A stretch of 64,000 nt of DNA, from contig CM074816.1 of assembly GCA_037447605.1 (NCBI GenBank), positions 1,578,525-1,642,524 on the forward strand. Direction: 5' to 3'. Shown here piece by piece: positions 25,616 through 37,289 of the stretch. The notes below the pieces were generated by a model. That model was not told where the DNA came from and searched no databases. It saw nothing but the letters and a program-made list of their open reading frames with translations. This DNA comes from Zygnema circumcarinatum SAG 698-1b (lineage: Eukaryota; Plantae; Zygnematophyceae). The translations under genes and the position numbers were made by a program. How positions within the stretch are numbered: position 1 is the stretch's first letter; each line of letters begins with the position of its first letter.

Positions 25616-25890
25616 TGACGTGACGTGACGTGACGTGACGTGACGTGACGTGACGTGAGCCTCTCGCAAGAAGCGCCCAGGTGTCGGTCAAGGCCACGGA
25701 AACTTCGCTGAAACTTCTGACACGTGCTTTGCTTTGCAGCGAGGGTGTACGGACGATCCTCACACGAACGATTCTCAGGGCCGGCATAGGGCAGCCAATG
25801 GTTGGCAAACCAGTGGATGGCAATGGTTGGTCTGCAATGGTTGGTCTGCAATGGTTGGTCTGCAATGGTTGGCAACCACTGCAATGGTTG
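25616..25890 (+). repeat. (TGACG)x8 microsatellite and 14-bp GCAATGGTTGGTCT tandem repeat
   Basis: TGACG repeats at 25616-25655; 14-bp units start at 25820, 25834, 25848, 25862, with a partial unit at 25881. Confidence 0.9.
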
Positions 25891-26452
25891 ATCCAACGGT
25901 GTGCCCTGTGCGCTATTTCAATTCGGGTAATTTAAATTTCAGTTCGGGGGCGCAGCGGGCGGCAGACCTGTACTTTACGGACACATGTCCTTAAAGCAAG
26001 TGCAAAATAAAAACTGCCTTTCATGTGCAGGAGGGCGTCCATCTTTCTTCCCAAAAAATCACTTTAAACAAGTAGCTTTAGTTGATTTTTATCAGGGCTA
26101 TTGCACAATTTTCTGAATATTGCGCCCATGGTGTAGCGAACGCATTTTGGCTCAAGATGTTGTGCGTGACGCGACTGCTACCGAGCCACTGTGTGCCCCC
26201 TCGCCCTGAGTTAGCCCTCCCTCCCTCATGGATGTAATTTTACGGCCATCCCTAGTCGACGGTCGTCTCCGTTCGGTCGTCGACCAATTGGCCGCGGAAC
26301 GTCACGTCACGCACAGAGAAGGCGGCCAATCACCTTGTGCCGTTACACGTGCAAGCGTGTCTAGTTACCAAACCGCAGGTGCCACGTCAACATGACGGCT
26401 AACAGGGAAGCGTGAAAATGTTGAGCTATAAACGGGCGGCGAACGCATGGAC

Positions 26453-27559
26453 ATGGGAAGGGCTCGTCACCCGTACGGATGATGACGTCCGGATTTTTCC
26501 ACAGTGAGGAGACGAGAGAATTTTAGCGGGAGGGAGGCACAGCGAGAGAGCGAGAGAGAGACAGGGAGTGAGAGAAAGGGAGAGGTAGGGAGGCAGAGAG
26601 AAAGAGAGAGGGCGAGAGAGAGAGAGGGCGAGAGAGAGAGGGAGTGAGAGAGCGAGAGAGGTAGGGAGGCAGAGAGAAAGAGAGAGGGAGAGAGAGAGAG
26701 AGGGAGTGGAGAGAGAAAGAGGTAGGGAGGCAGAGAGAAAGAGACGGAGAGGGAGAGAGTGAGAAAGGTAGTTAGAGAGAGGGAGAGGGAGAGGGGTAGG
26801 AAGGCAGAGAGAAAGAGAGAGGGCGAGCGAGAGAGAGGGAGTGAGAGAGCGAGAGAGGGAGAGAGAGGGAGAGGTGGGGAGGCAGAGAGAAAGAGAGAGA
26901 GAGGGGGAAGTGCAGATGTTGGAGCTTTCGAAGCAGAGGAAAAGAGATGTGAGATTTTTAGGGTTTCTGCTTCTTCACTTGCAGGCGTTGGTTTGTTAAG
27001 CGCGGGATCATCCTATTTTTATGTTTCGTTTTCATCTTTGCGATCCTCGCTAATCTCTGGTTCGAAATTTTTGATGCAGGGAGGGAAAATATGGAACTAC
27101 TGATTACGGAACTGAGATGAAAAAGTCAACGGACGGGAGTTGGAAGTGGATGGAGCCTTCGAAATGGGGATCAGAAGAGTAATTTTTTAGGCATAAAAAA
27201 AACTTGCAGATTTGATCTCTTCGTTCCTACACTGCTTTCGAAATAAGACAATTATTATTATTAATGTCTTTTAATTGATGAGAAATAGAAAGATTTTGCC
27301 GAGATATCCAATCTATTGATGAAGCTGTGTTTCCTTTCTCATTTTAGGCCTTTCTTTTTCGTTTGAAAATTCTTTCGCTTTGAGTGCCCGCAGAATTTTG
27401 GATTCGTTGTTGGAGGAAAAGGCTGCGGAAGAACAACGGAAACCGGAACAGCTGCTGCGCATGGAACCGGACACGGACATGGACAGCGAGTCGGACGGCG
27501 AGGAGAGGTCGAAAAAGGTCGAAAGCATCCTCCAAATGACGGAGGAGTTGTTCAACAAG
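26453..27559 (+). pseudogene. Truncated 5' paralogue of the 30268-36021 gene (homologues of exons ~1-4 only)
   Basis: Exon 27080-27178 (..MEPSKWGSE) mirrors exon 3, and 27394-27559 (ILDSLLEEKAAEEQRK..DSESD..KVESILQMTEELFNK|GT) mirrors exon 4, with identical phases. 26916-26948 (LELSKQRKRD) resembles exon 2 but is out of phase; MDMGRARHP near 26453 resembles MDSGRSKRP and then stops. No downstream exons found. Confidence 0.6.
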
Positions 27560-29785
27560 GTGCCATGTTGTGATGTTCTGTTCCATGCTTTACATGTGCA
27601 GCCACATTTTATTCATCTCCAATGTTTGTCTCCCTATGCGCTTCGGCCCCTCATGGTCGTCCAATGTTAAGGTCACTTCCTCCTAGCCGTATTACGCCTT
27701 ACAAACAACAATTTTCTGTTGATTCTAGCAGCCCAACACGTCTAGACAGTTCATGGTTGTTGTGGCGCATGCTCTCATGCCCCAACAACATGCTCTCATG
27801 CTCAATGTTGTCATCGCGCGGTGCAGCTCGACGAGAACATGAACATGGTATCAGCCACGGCCGGCGGTCCGTACAGTCGGCGGCCGTGGGCGAATCAGCG
27901 GCGGACACGTGACGGTCGGCTAGTGGTCGACGGCAGTCCGCCGACCGGTTCCGTACTGCCGGCGGATTTTGACGGCTGGGAAACCGGCGACGGCGATTCG
28001 GGCAGCCGGCCGGCATGGAACTGCCGGCGCCGGCGGACAAGTGTCAGCCAGCGAGTGGGCGATCTCGAGCTTGGATAGCCCTGCTAGCCCTGACGTGGAC
28101 ACGTGGCAAATGCGGACGATTCCTTGTGTAGAATTTGTCTAATAATCTTGTTTTGCAGAGGAATGCAGTGGACTTTGAATTTTTTTTGGAACATTTTTTT
28201 TTTGTATAGGAGGTGGTGGAGTTTTCCTTTTTGAAGTTGTTTTGGCCATATCGATAAATGTGGACTAGTTGTGGCTAACACGTGCCAAGTGACTAACATG
28301 TATGACTAGAATTTTCATTTGGTGACTAAACATAGCTAACAAGTCGTAGAATTTTCCAGCACGTCCAGTCACCGCTTAGAAAGCTACATGTTCAAAATTG
28401 CGTCAAGATCCGACGGAACAGATTTCACGGAGCAGCGTAAACAGTAACCGAGGGGCGTTGGCTGTCGAGCAGTGACCTAGAGGACAAGGACTTGAAAGGG
28501 TTTTGAGGGTTTTTAGAGTTTTTAGATGCCAAAATGGGGAGGGAGCGAAGCGCAGGAAGCCATGGCACGTCCGGGGACCATCCTGGAAGGCGACGAGGAG
28601 GGGCTCGCGAGTGGGAGGAGGGGCTCGCGAGTGGGAGGAGCGTGAGGGGAGAGACGAGAGGGAAGGGAGGGAGGAGGGGGAGGAGAGGGAGGTAGTGGGG
28701 GAGAGAGAGGAGAGAGAGGAGATAGAGGAGCGGGAGGAGAATGAGGCTGGAGGAGGGGGAGGGGGCACTAATGCTCGGCGCACCTAATGGTCCCGAGGAG
28801 GTAGGCAGGCAGCGCAAGGGCTCGCCCGGCCGCCCGAATGCGCAACCCCGTGCGTTGGAGCGTCGGACCATAGGATCGACCATGGAAGAAGGACCCGCCA
28901 ACCATTGGCAATGATTGCTACAAGTGGTTGCCGATCGTTCAATCCATTGGTTAGCGGCCCAGCAACCACGGGCAATGGTTGGTGAACACTGTTAGCCAAT
29001 GGCTGCCGAACCAATGCGCCATGCTGCACTTCCCGCCGGCAGCAGGACCTGGCTGACACCGCATGAGAGGAGAGGAGGATAGGGCGAGGAGCAGCGCGAG
29101 GAGGGAGACGGACCCTTCTCATTCAGCGATGCGCATCACATCATGTCAGCACCTGCTCATGTTCAAGGGGGTTATGACAAGTTTGGCACTCTTTCCCCCC
29201 CTCTTGTTTTTTGCCTTTCCACGCCAAATCGTCCCCTTCTAAGCAGGAGCAACGCACAAGCGCATGCAGCCGACACCACGCGACAGACACTCGCATTCCA
29301 CGGCAAACTACTCACGGAACGTAGCCAACAATTTGATTACAAAGACTAATGCATTGGAACAAACTTGCTCAGAGCGACAAGGGTGTTCAGCGTCCCGGGC
29401 TCCATCACCTTGGATCAGATGCCAAATCGTTGAAAGTTTCGAGCCTGGTTTTGGCAGAAGCAACAACTTGATAGTCCTCGATTCCCCGCAGTGCGCAGTC
29501 GCAGCATCCGCCTCTCTTGGTGAGAACACGACCACACGTGCGGGCCAGCCAACCAGTCGTAGCGATCGCGCAAGCGTGCGAGCAGGAGGCAGAGGCGCAC
29601 AGGATGGCCGCCGCGCTTTGCTCGCAGACCGTACATATAGCACAGACAGACAAAGCAAAGCCTTCCAGGGAGAACGACAAGATGCAAGGAAAGGGTCCAG
29701 ATGGTTTTTGGCAGTTTCACCTTCTTCAGCTTACCTTCATTGCCCCGTCGAAGGTGGGCAAACCTGTTGGGCCTAACACTTGTTC

Positions 29786-29914
29786 CGTGGACATGGACTC
29801 TTTAGATGGGAAACAATGTTGGGGCTTGCGTGGACATGGACTCTCTATATGGGAAACAATGTTGGCGCTTGCGTGGACATGGACTTTCTAGATGGGAAAC
29901 AATGTTGGGGCTTG
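29786..29914 (+). repeat. 43-bp minisatellite x3
   Basis: CGTGGACATGGACTCT..AGATGGGAAACAATGTTGG.GCTTG starts at 29786, 29829 and 29872, head-to-tail without spacers. Confidence 0.92.
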
Positions 29915-30267
29915 CCGAAGGGTTGGGAGTACAGGATGGGACCGTACGACCGCACAGTGCGCGACCGTACAAAAGTCAGGTCCTGCCCAAGCCGACTCAA
30001 AGTGGTTCCGTACAAAAGTCCGGCAGTTTAACTGGCATAGAACTGTAAGAGGACGAACTTCCGTACGGTGGTCTGAAACTGAATTGGAACTGGAACGGGA
30101 CTGGGAACAGAAGGCCGTCACATGGAACTCGACCAAAGGCTACTCTTTGTCTGTGACCTCTCCGCCTTTGAGATGTGCAAACTATAATATATTTATTTAT
30201 TTCTAAAATTTATTTTTTCGAGGACGGATTTTATTAAATAGGTAAATTTATTTCCAGTTCTGCGCCG

Positions 30268-33200
30268 ATGGATTCCGGAAGATCAAAGCGACCTCTGCAT
30301 TTGAAAAAAACTGAAAATTCGAAAGGTCCTGAAAGCCCTAAATTCCGAAAACTGGAAACTGAAAATGGGGAGGCGGAAGCTCGCTCCTCCCGGGTAGCGA
30401 AATTTCGGCTGAAAAATTTGCAAATGTAGGCCTCGAGAATTTCATTCGTTTACTTCAAAAAAAAAAAAAAACTAAGAAAAATTGGGCGCATGGTGTGATT
30501 TTGGGTGGCAGCCAAAGTCGTTAGGGTTTAGGGTTTTACGGTTCGTTTAAGGACTTTTGGCTTTTTTAGGGTTTAAGGGTTTCAGGGTTTTAGGGTTTTA
30601 GGGTTTTACGGTTTTAGGGTTTTAGGGTTCTAGGGTTTTAGGGATTTTCGGGTTTCAGCGTTTTAGAATTCTAGGGTTTTAGGGATTTCTTGAAAGGAAG
30701 CCATATTCCCTCCCACCTCATTAATTTATATTGAACCTCATGGGCCGAAAATTTGATCATTTTTTTTCCGTTTTTTGAACAAATCAGGGACCCTCTCTCA
30801 GAATCGAAGTCGAAAATAAATCAGAAAAAACTGCCCCTGAATTTTGAGCCTTCGAAAAAGCGGAAAGAAAAGTAAGTCGACCTTCCTTACTGAGGGAAAT
30901 CTTCATAGGTTAACTTTATCGGGGGGCACGTACCTTGATAAAGTCACGACTGTAAAGACACTCCTCCATTTTTAGCCTCTTTTTGTAAATGCTTACATTT
31001 ATCGTCGAAGTTGTTTTTTTTTTTTTTTGGGGGTGGGGGGGGGGGGGGGGGGGGGNNNNNNNNNNGGGGGGGCAGGGAGGAAGAAAGTGAAAGTGGCGAT
31101 GAGCGGGAGATGAAGGAGACCAAAAAAGGGACCAAAAAAGTTTCTATTCGGGCGGAGCCTTCGAAAAGGAGAAAGGAAAAGTAAATGCTTTCAATTACTC
31201 TAAAATGTTTTTTGACTCGACCCCTTCTTTCAAACTCCCTTTCATCACTCCCTCCTCTCACTCTCTCTCCCTTCTCTCACTCTCTCCCTTCTCTCACTCT
31301 CTCTTTCTTCTCTCACTCTCTCTCCCTTCTCTCACTCTCTCTCCCTCCTCTCACTCTGTCTCCCTCTCACTCTCTCTCCCTTCTCTCACCCTCTGTGCCT
31401 TCTCTCACTCTCTCCCTTCTCTCACTCTCTCCCTCCTTTCACTCAATTTCCCTTCTCTCACTCACTCTCTCCTCTCACTCTCCCCCTACTCTCTCTCTCC
31501 CCTTCACTTTCTCGCCCTTTCTCACTCTCTCTCACTCTCTCTCACTCTCTCTCACTTCTCTCTCTCTCTCTCGTCCTTCTCTCACTCCCTCTCCCTCTTA
31601 TCTATGAGAACCAAAAACATTAACCCTTCTCCTTTGTTTTTAAAGCTGGTGTACTAATTTTTGAAAAGAAAAAATTGCAGCATTTTGGACCTTGACTCGC
31701 TGTTGGAGGAAAAGGCTGAAGAGGAACAGCAACGGAAACTGCGGAGCATAGAAACCGTCAGCACCGACTGTGACAGTGACGGTGACGTCAGCGATTCGGA
31801 GGAACTCGAAAAGCGATTGCATGAGAAGGCCGAAACGATTCTCCGAATTGCGGATGACGTCAGCAACAAGGTAAAAAACACGTCATGAGCTGCAACATGC
31901 ATGGTGCGAACATTGCGATGTAAAGTGGACTTTAAAAAAAATCGATTTTTTTTTTGACACAATTTGAGGTTTGGGCGCAGCTGGACAACAGCGATCATGC
32001 AAAGGAATGGGAGATGTGGAAATGCTCAGTTTTTTCAGAGGAGGTAAATATTTACTCTCTCTCTCTCTCCCTCTCATTTACTCTCCGTTCTCTCTCCGTT
32101 CTCTCTGTCTGTCTCTCTTTCGTCCCTCTCTCTCTCCTACCTCTCTGTCTCTCTTAACCTTTCTCTCTCTCTCTCCTTGCTCTCTCGATCTCCTTCCTCT
32201 CTCTCCCCTTACCATCTGTCTCGCCTCTCTCTCACTATCTCTCTCACTCTCTCTCTCTCTCTCAATTGTAAAGCTCAAGCTCCGTCTTCAACTTTCAGTT
32301 CTCTGTCAAATCTCATCTTTTTTTTCGCAGAGGGATGCATCAAAACCTTCACCAAAGCCCCCTCCGGGTCTGTTTGTCCGCTCCCTCTTTCATTCGGATA
32401 AAAGACGCAATTCTTTCTTTTTTCTTCTACTTAAAAGCATTACATTTCTTGAAATTCATCGCTTTCTATCCATACATCTTCATGCGTTTAATGTTTAATT
32501 CAAACACCTGTTTTTCTTTCTTTTTGACCCAAAATCGACGCTTTTTGAGCTCGCTTTTCATCATTTTTACTTTTTGTCGTATGTGCGCAGAAGTCCTCCC
32601 TCTGTTGGGCAGCCGCGCACTGGAGACGTATTTGAGCGCTAAAGGCACAGCGGAGGAGGGGACGCTGCGCTTCCTCTTTGACACGAGTACGAGGGAGAGG
32701 GCGGGGAGGGAGGGGGAGAGGGANNNNNNNNNNGGGGAGGAGGGCAGGAGGGAGGGAAAGTGGGAGGGAGGGAGGGAAACATTTTTTCGTACAAGAAGTG
32801 TCGAGAAACGATATTTTTAATACTTAGCTTCTATATGTGTTACGTGTTTTTTTGCTTTTTTTATTTTTTGGGTCCCTTCGAGAACAGTCGCATTTTCAGA
32901 ATCCGACCAATTAGAGAACGCCGCTTGCGACGTCTTTTGTGGACTCCTCCGAAGGAAAAAGAAGGTGAGATTTCAAACTTTCTCTTAAAAAAAAATTCTT
33001 TAAAATACTTTAGTCTATGAAATGGCTTCTAAAACCCTTAATACCCTCAAACCCTAAAACCAAAAGTACTGAAACTTAGCCACATGGAATTGCGTAGGAA
33101 AAATTGAGCAAATTGGACGTTCAGTGGGTTCCAACGGCAACGGATTTCATCGAGCTGTTCCATGTGTACGGATTTCAAGAAAAGCTCGGAGTGAGGGAGA

Positions 33201-33823
33201 GCGAACTGTCTGACTCTGAAGGTAAAGGGGAAAGGATTTGATAGAGGGCAGTTGAGAGTCCACTCCACTCCTACTTCCTTTGCCTCCCCCTCTCCCTCTG
33301 CGTCTCCCTCTTCCTTTTCCTCTCTCCCTCTCCCTCTCCCTCTCCTTCTCCCTTTGCCTCCCCCTCCCCCTCTGCGTCTCCCTCTCTCTTTCCCTCTCCT
33401 ACTGCCTCTTCTTTTCCCTCTCGCTCTCCCTCTCCCTCTGCCTTTCCCTCTCCCTCTGCGTCTCCCTCTTTCTTTCCCACTCCAACTGCCTCTTCCTCTC
33501 CCTCTCCCTCTCCACTTCCTCTGCCTCTCCCATTCCCTCCCCTTCTCCCTCCCCCTTTCGCTCTGCATCTCGTTCTCCATCTCCCTCCCCCTTTCTCTCT
33601 CTCTCTCCCTCACTCACTCTCTCTGCCCGTCTCAACTCTCTTCTCCTCGCACTCCCTCTCACTCCCTCACTCTCACACAGACATGCATAATCGTTTTCTG
33701 TCATAACCGCAACTGTAACTGCACACATGGAACATGTACAGAACAGAAAACGCCACGACGGAATATCAGATCTGTCTTTAAACTTCTAGAAGCGTGCATT
33801 TCAGCTGAGTAAGAGCCCCCCTG

Positions 33824-33897
<74 letters not shown>

Positions 33898-35193
33898 GCT
33901 CTCTCTCTCTCCCCATCCCGTTCCCTCCCCCTCACACGCAATTGGTTTGATTTTTTCCATATTTTGCTCGAGCACTATCATTTGTGACATAGACTCCCAA
34001 TTAGAAGAATCCGAATTCAAAATAAATACTTCTCCAAATCTGCTTTTTCAAAATGTTTCATAAACCCCCGTGTCCAATTTGTAATTTTTTTATTCTTTTC
34101 CGGTTTTTTTGATTTTCTTTTCAGGGAGTGCCCATTCGCCCACAGTCAGGATGAAATTGTAAAAATTTTCAAAATTTTGGCAAGCTGTCTATTGGAGAAG
34201 AGGCTCCTTTTTCTTCGACGAGAAATTGAAAACTGCATAGAAAGTCTCCTTCAGTTTTTCAGTTTGTCGGAGTGGGAGGAGACTGCTTCCCAACTGACAA
34301 CGGAACTGACAAGGTCACTACATGTGATTTTTTAGGAACCTCGTTTTTTTTTTTTCATTATTCTTATTCTTTATTTCTCTCGTTATCTATCTGGATTTCA
34401 TGTGTTTTCATTTTTTCCCTTTTTTTTTTTTTTGTTCGCAGATTAAGCCCTCGCCTGGTCGATAATATTTACGTTATTTTAAATTTTCCGTCGGGAAAAG
34501 GACGAGCGCAGGAGATGGTGGAAAGAGCCGCCTTTCAAATGCTGCTTCAGACGCGGAGCGGGAAGGCGAAGGTGAGGGAGAGGGAGAGGGAGAGGGAGAG
34601 GGAGAGGGAGAGGGAGAGGGAGAGGGAGAGAGGGATGTGGGGAGGAAGGGAGAATTGGGGGAGGAAGAAAGAGTGAGAGTGGGGAAAGGGCGGGAGAAGA
34701 TATTGGGTGGGGAGAGAGCGAGAAGGGGTGGGGGAGAAAGTTTGAGAGAGAGGGAGAGAGAGGGAGAGAGACACAGAAAGAGTTGAGGGAGGAGGACGGG
34801 GGGGAGAGAGAGGGTGGTATAGTTTGGGAGGCGGGAGTGGGAAAACGGGAGAGCAGGGAGGGAGAGCGAGGGAAGAAAAAAAAAAACCCCTCATACTCAC
34901 ACACTCCCACCCATCTTGACCAACGGTTGGTTGGCAGCTTCGGCCAACCACCGACCCCAACGCTGCTGACGTCATCAAGTTTTTCACCGATCAAAAAATC
35001 CGTGACGTCAGCGACTACGCCCTCCTACGTCAGCAGCTGCGGCTGGCCAACCTCTGCTTGGACCGCGCGCTGCGATTGGACGGCCCCGCGAGGAGGGAGT
35101 GGAGGGAGTGGCTAAGGAAGGGGGCGGCGAACCTGCCGGCCTCCTCCATGGCGGCCTATGCGCCGCAGGTCTCTCCCTCTCTCCCTCTCTCTC

Positions 35194-35263
<70 letters not shown>

Positions 35264-36021
35264 TCCCTCTCGTTCTCGTTCTGTCTGTCTCTCTCTCGTT
35301 CTGTCTTTCTCTCTCTCCCTCTCTCTGTCGCTCTTGTTCTTTCTCGTTTTCTTTCCTGCTGTCCCTGTAACTCCCTCTCCCACGATTCCTTCTCGACCTC
35401 CGCCTCTCGACCCACTCAATCCTCCTCTCCCACCCTTGCCCCTCTCGGCTCCTCTCGCACTTCCCCCTCTCCTCGTCCCCTCCCCTTCACGCCTCCTTCT
35501 TCCTCCCCCTCTCTCCCTCTCGACCTTTCCGCCTCCTCTTCCTCCCCCCTTTCCCCTCCAACTCCTTCCCCCACTCGGCCGCTCTATCTCTCCTCCTCCC
35601 TTTCCTCCTCCCTTCCCCATCCCTCGCCCTCTCCCTCCTCTCCCTCCTGCTATCTCCCTCCCCCTCTCCCTCTCCATCCTCTCCCTCTCCTCCCCCTCTA
35701 CCACCATCTCCCTCCCCTTCTCCCTCCTCCCTCTCCCTCTTCCTCCGCCTCCCCCTCTCCCTCTCCCTCTCCCTCTCCCTCGCCTCTCCTCTCCCTCTCC
35801 TCCCCCTCTCCCCTCCTCCCCCCCCTCTCCCCCCCTCTCCCCCCCTCTCCCTCCTCTCCCTCGCCCTCCTTTTCCTCTCCCTCTCCCTCTCCCTCTCCCT
35901 CTCCCTCTCCCTCTCCCTCTCCCACTCCCACTCCCTCCTGACAAAGACCACCCTGACGCAGGCGCGGAACTGGGCCTCGTATTTGAACCAGCGCTACGGC
36001 GCCATGCAGTCGGCGAAGTGA
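30268..36021 (+). CDS. Conserved plant-type protein, putative SLF2/FAM178/NSE6 (CANIN-domain, SMC5/6-associated) family, ~536 aa, 14 exons
   Basis: Exons 30268-30425, 30788-30871, 31076-31180, 31681-31870, 31969-32043, 32331-32367, 32591-32686, 32900-32964, 33098-33221, 33742-33808, 34125-34313, 34442-34571, 34938-35168, 35962-36021; all GT-AG and phase-consistent (1611 nt). Motifs KRKE.ILDLDSLLEEK, WKCSVFSE, LENAACDVFCGLL, VQWVPTATDFIELFHVYGF, RNIRSVFKLLEAC, LLEKRL, SEWEETASQL, ARNWASYL resemble a recalled plant family and the SLF2 CANIN WIPS motif. Gene model is confident; family name is less so. Confidence 0.6.
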
Positions 36022-36572
36022 AGGGTTCAGGGCCCGGAACTGGGATCAGACCGAGGGGTTCAGGGCTCGAGTTTAAAAAGGCGGAGCCTTTGTACAGGGG
36101 CTTGGGGTTTTGGAGAAACCTTTGTAGGGTTTAGGAGGTGTAGGATTTTTCCGAGCAGGGTTTTGATTTTTTTTAGGGGGGGGCGTGCATAAAAAAGTAA
36201 AAAATCTGATGAGCGGCTGAATTTTAAATTATCAATTATGATTTTTTGTTCAAATAATGCGGTGTTGGAGCCTTGACCCAGGTCTCATCTCCCATTAAAT
36301 TCAATTCCCACGAAAAAAAGATAATAATAATTACACTTCGGGTGATAGGAAGTCATAATTCCTTCCCTTCAAGCTTAAGGAGTTTAAGGGCCACTTCCCT
36401 CCACTCCTGAGTGAATCTCTCGCGTCTCCTATACATTTCAATGCCTTGAAAAAACGATAAAATGCGGGACTGCATATAGTCCGGTTATTGTTTAGAAAGC
36501 CGCGTGGGCTCTATAAAACATAAATGATCCCAACTTCTTTGGCGCTCCGACGCTCCCATAAAATCCCCAACA

Positions 36573-37274
36573 AACCCTAGTAGCCCTAGTAGCCCTAGTA
36601 GCCCTAGTACCCCTTAAACCCTAGTAGCCCTAAGACCCTAAATCCCAAAACCCTAGTAGCCCTAAAACTCTAGTAGCACTAAAACCCTAGTAGCCCTAGT
36701 AGCCCTAGAACCCTAGTAGCCCTAAAACCCTAAATCCTAAAACCCTAGTAGCCTTAAAACCCTAGTAGCCCTAGAACCCTAAAACCGTAGTAGCCCTAAA
36801 ACCCTGGTAGCCCTAAAACCCGAAACCCTTAAACCCTAGTAGCCCTTAAACGCTAGTAGCCCTAAAACCCTGGTAGCCCTAAAACCCCGAACCCTAAAAC
36901 CCTAGTAGCCCTAGTAGCCCTAAAACCCTAAGACTCTAGTAGCCCTAAACCCTAGTAACCCTAGTAGCCCTAAAACCCTAAGACTCTAGTAGCCCTAAAC
37001 CCTAGTAACCCTAGTAGCCCTAAAACCCTAAAACCCTAGTAGCCCTAGTAGCCCTAAAACCCTAAGACTCTAGTAGCCCTAAACCCTAGTAACCCTAGTA
37101 GCCCTAAAACCCTAAGACCCTAGTAGCCCTAAAACCCTAGTAGCCCTAGTAGCCCTAAAACCCTAAAACCCTAGTCGCCCTAGCAGCCCTAAAACCCTAA
37201 AACCCTAGTAGCCCTAGTAGCCCTAAAACCCTAAAACCCTAGTAGCCCTAGCAGCCCTAAAACCCTAAACCCTA
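36573..37274 (-). repeat. Telomere-variant array of alternating CTACTAGGG and TTTTAGGG units directly after the permease stop codon
   Basis: Plus strand reads CCCTAGTAG / CCCTAAAA; the array begins about 16 nt 3' of the TGA at 37290. Confidence 0.9.
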
Positions 37275-37289
37275 CCCCCCTCGACCGCC

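Noticed and set aside
27838-27890. LTR end plus PBS (..GAACA TGGTATCAG) followed by a 9-bp hairpin
   Set aside because: Only 9 nt match the iMet PBS; no second LTR, PPT or TSD was found.
29786-29914. Possible CRISPR array
   Set aside because: 43-bp units are head-to-tail without unique spacers; eukaryotic context and no cas genes.
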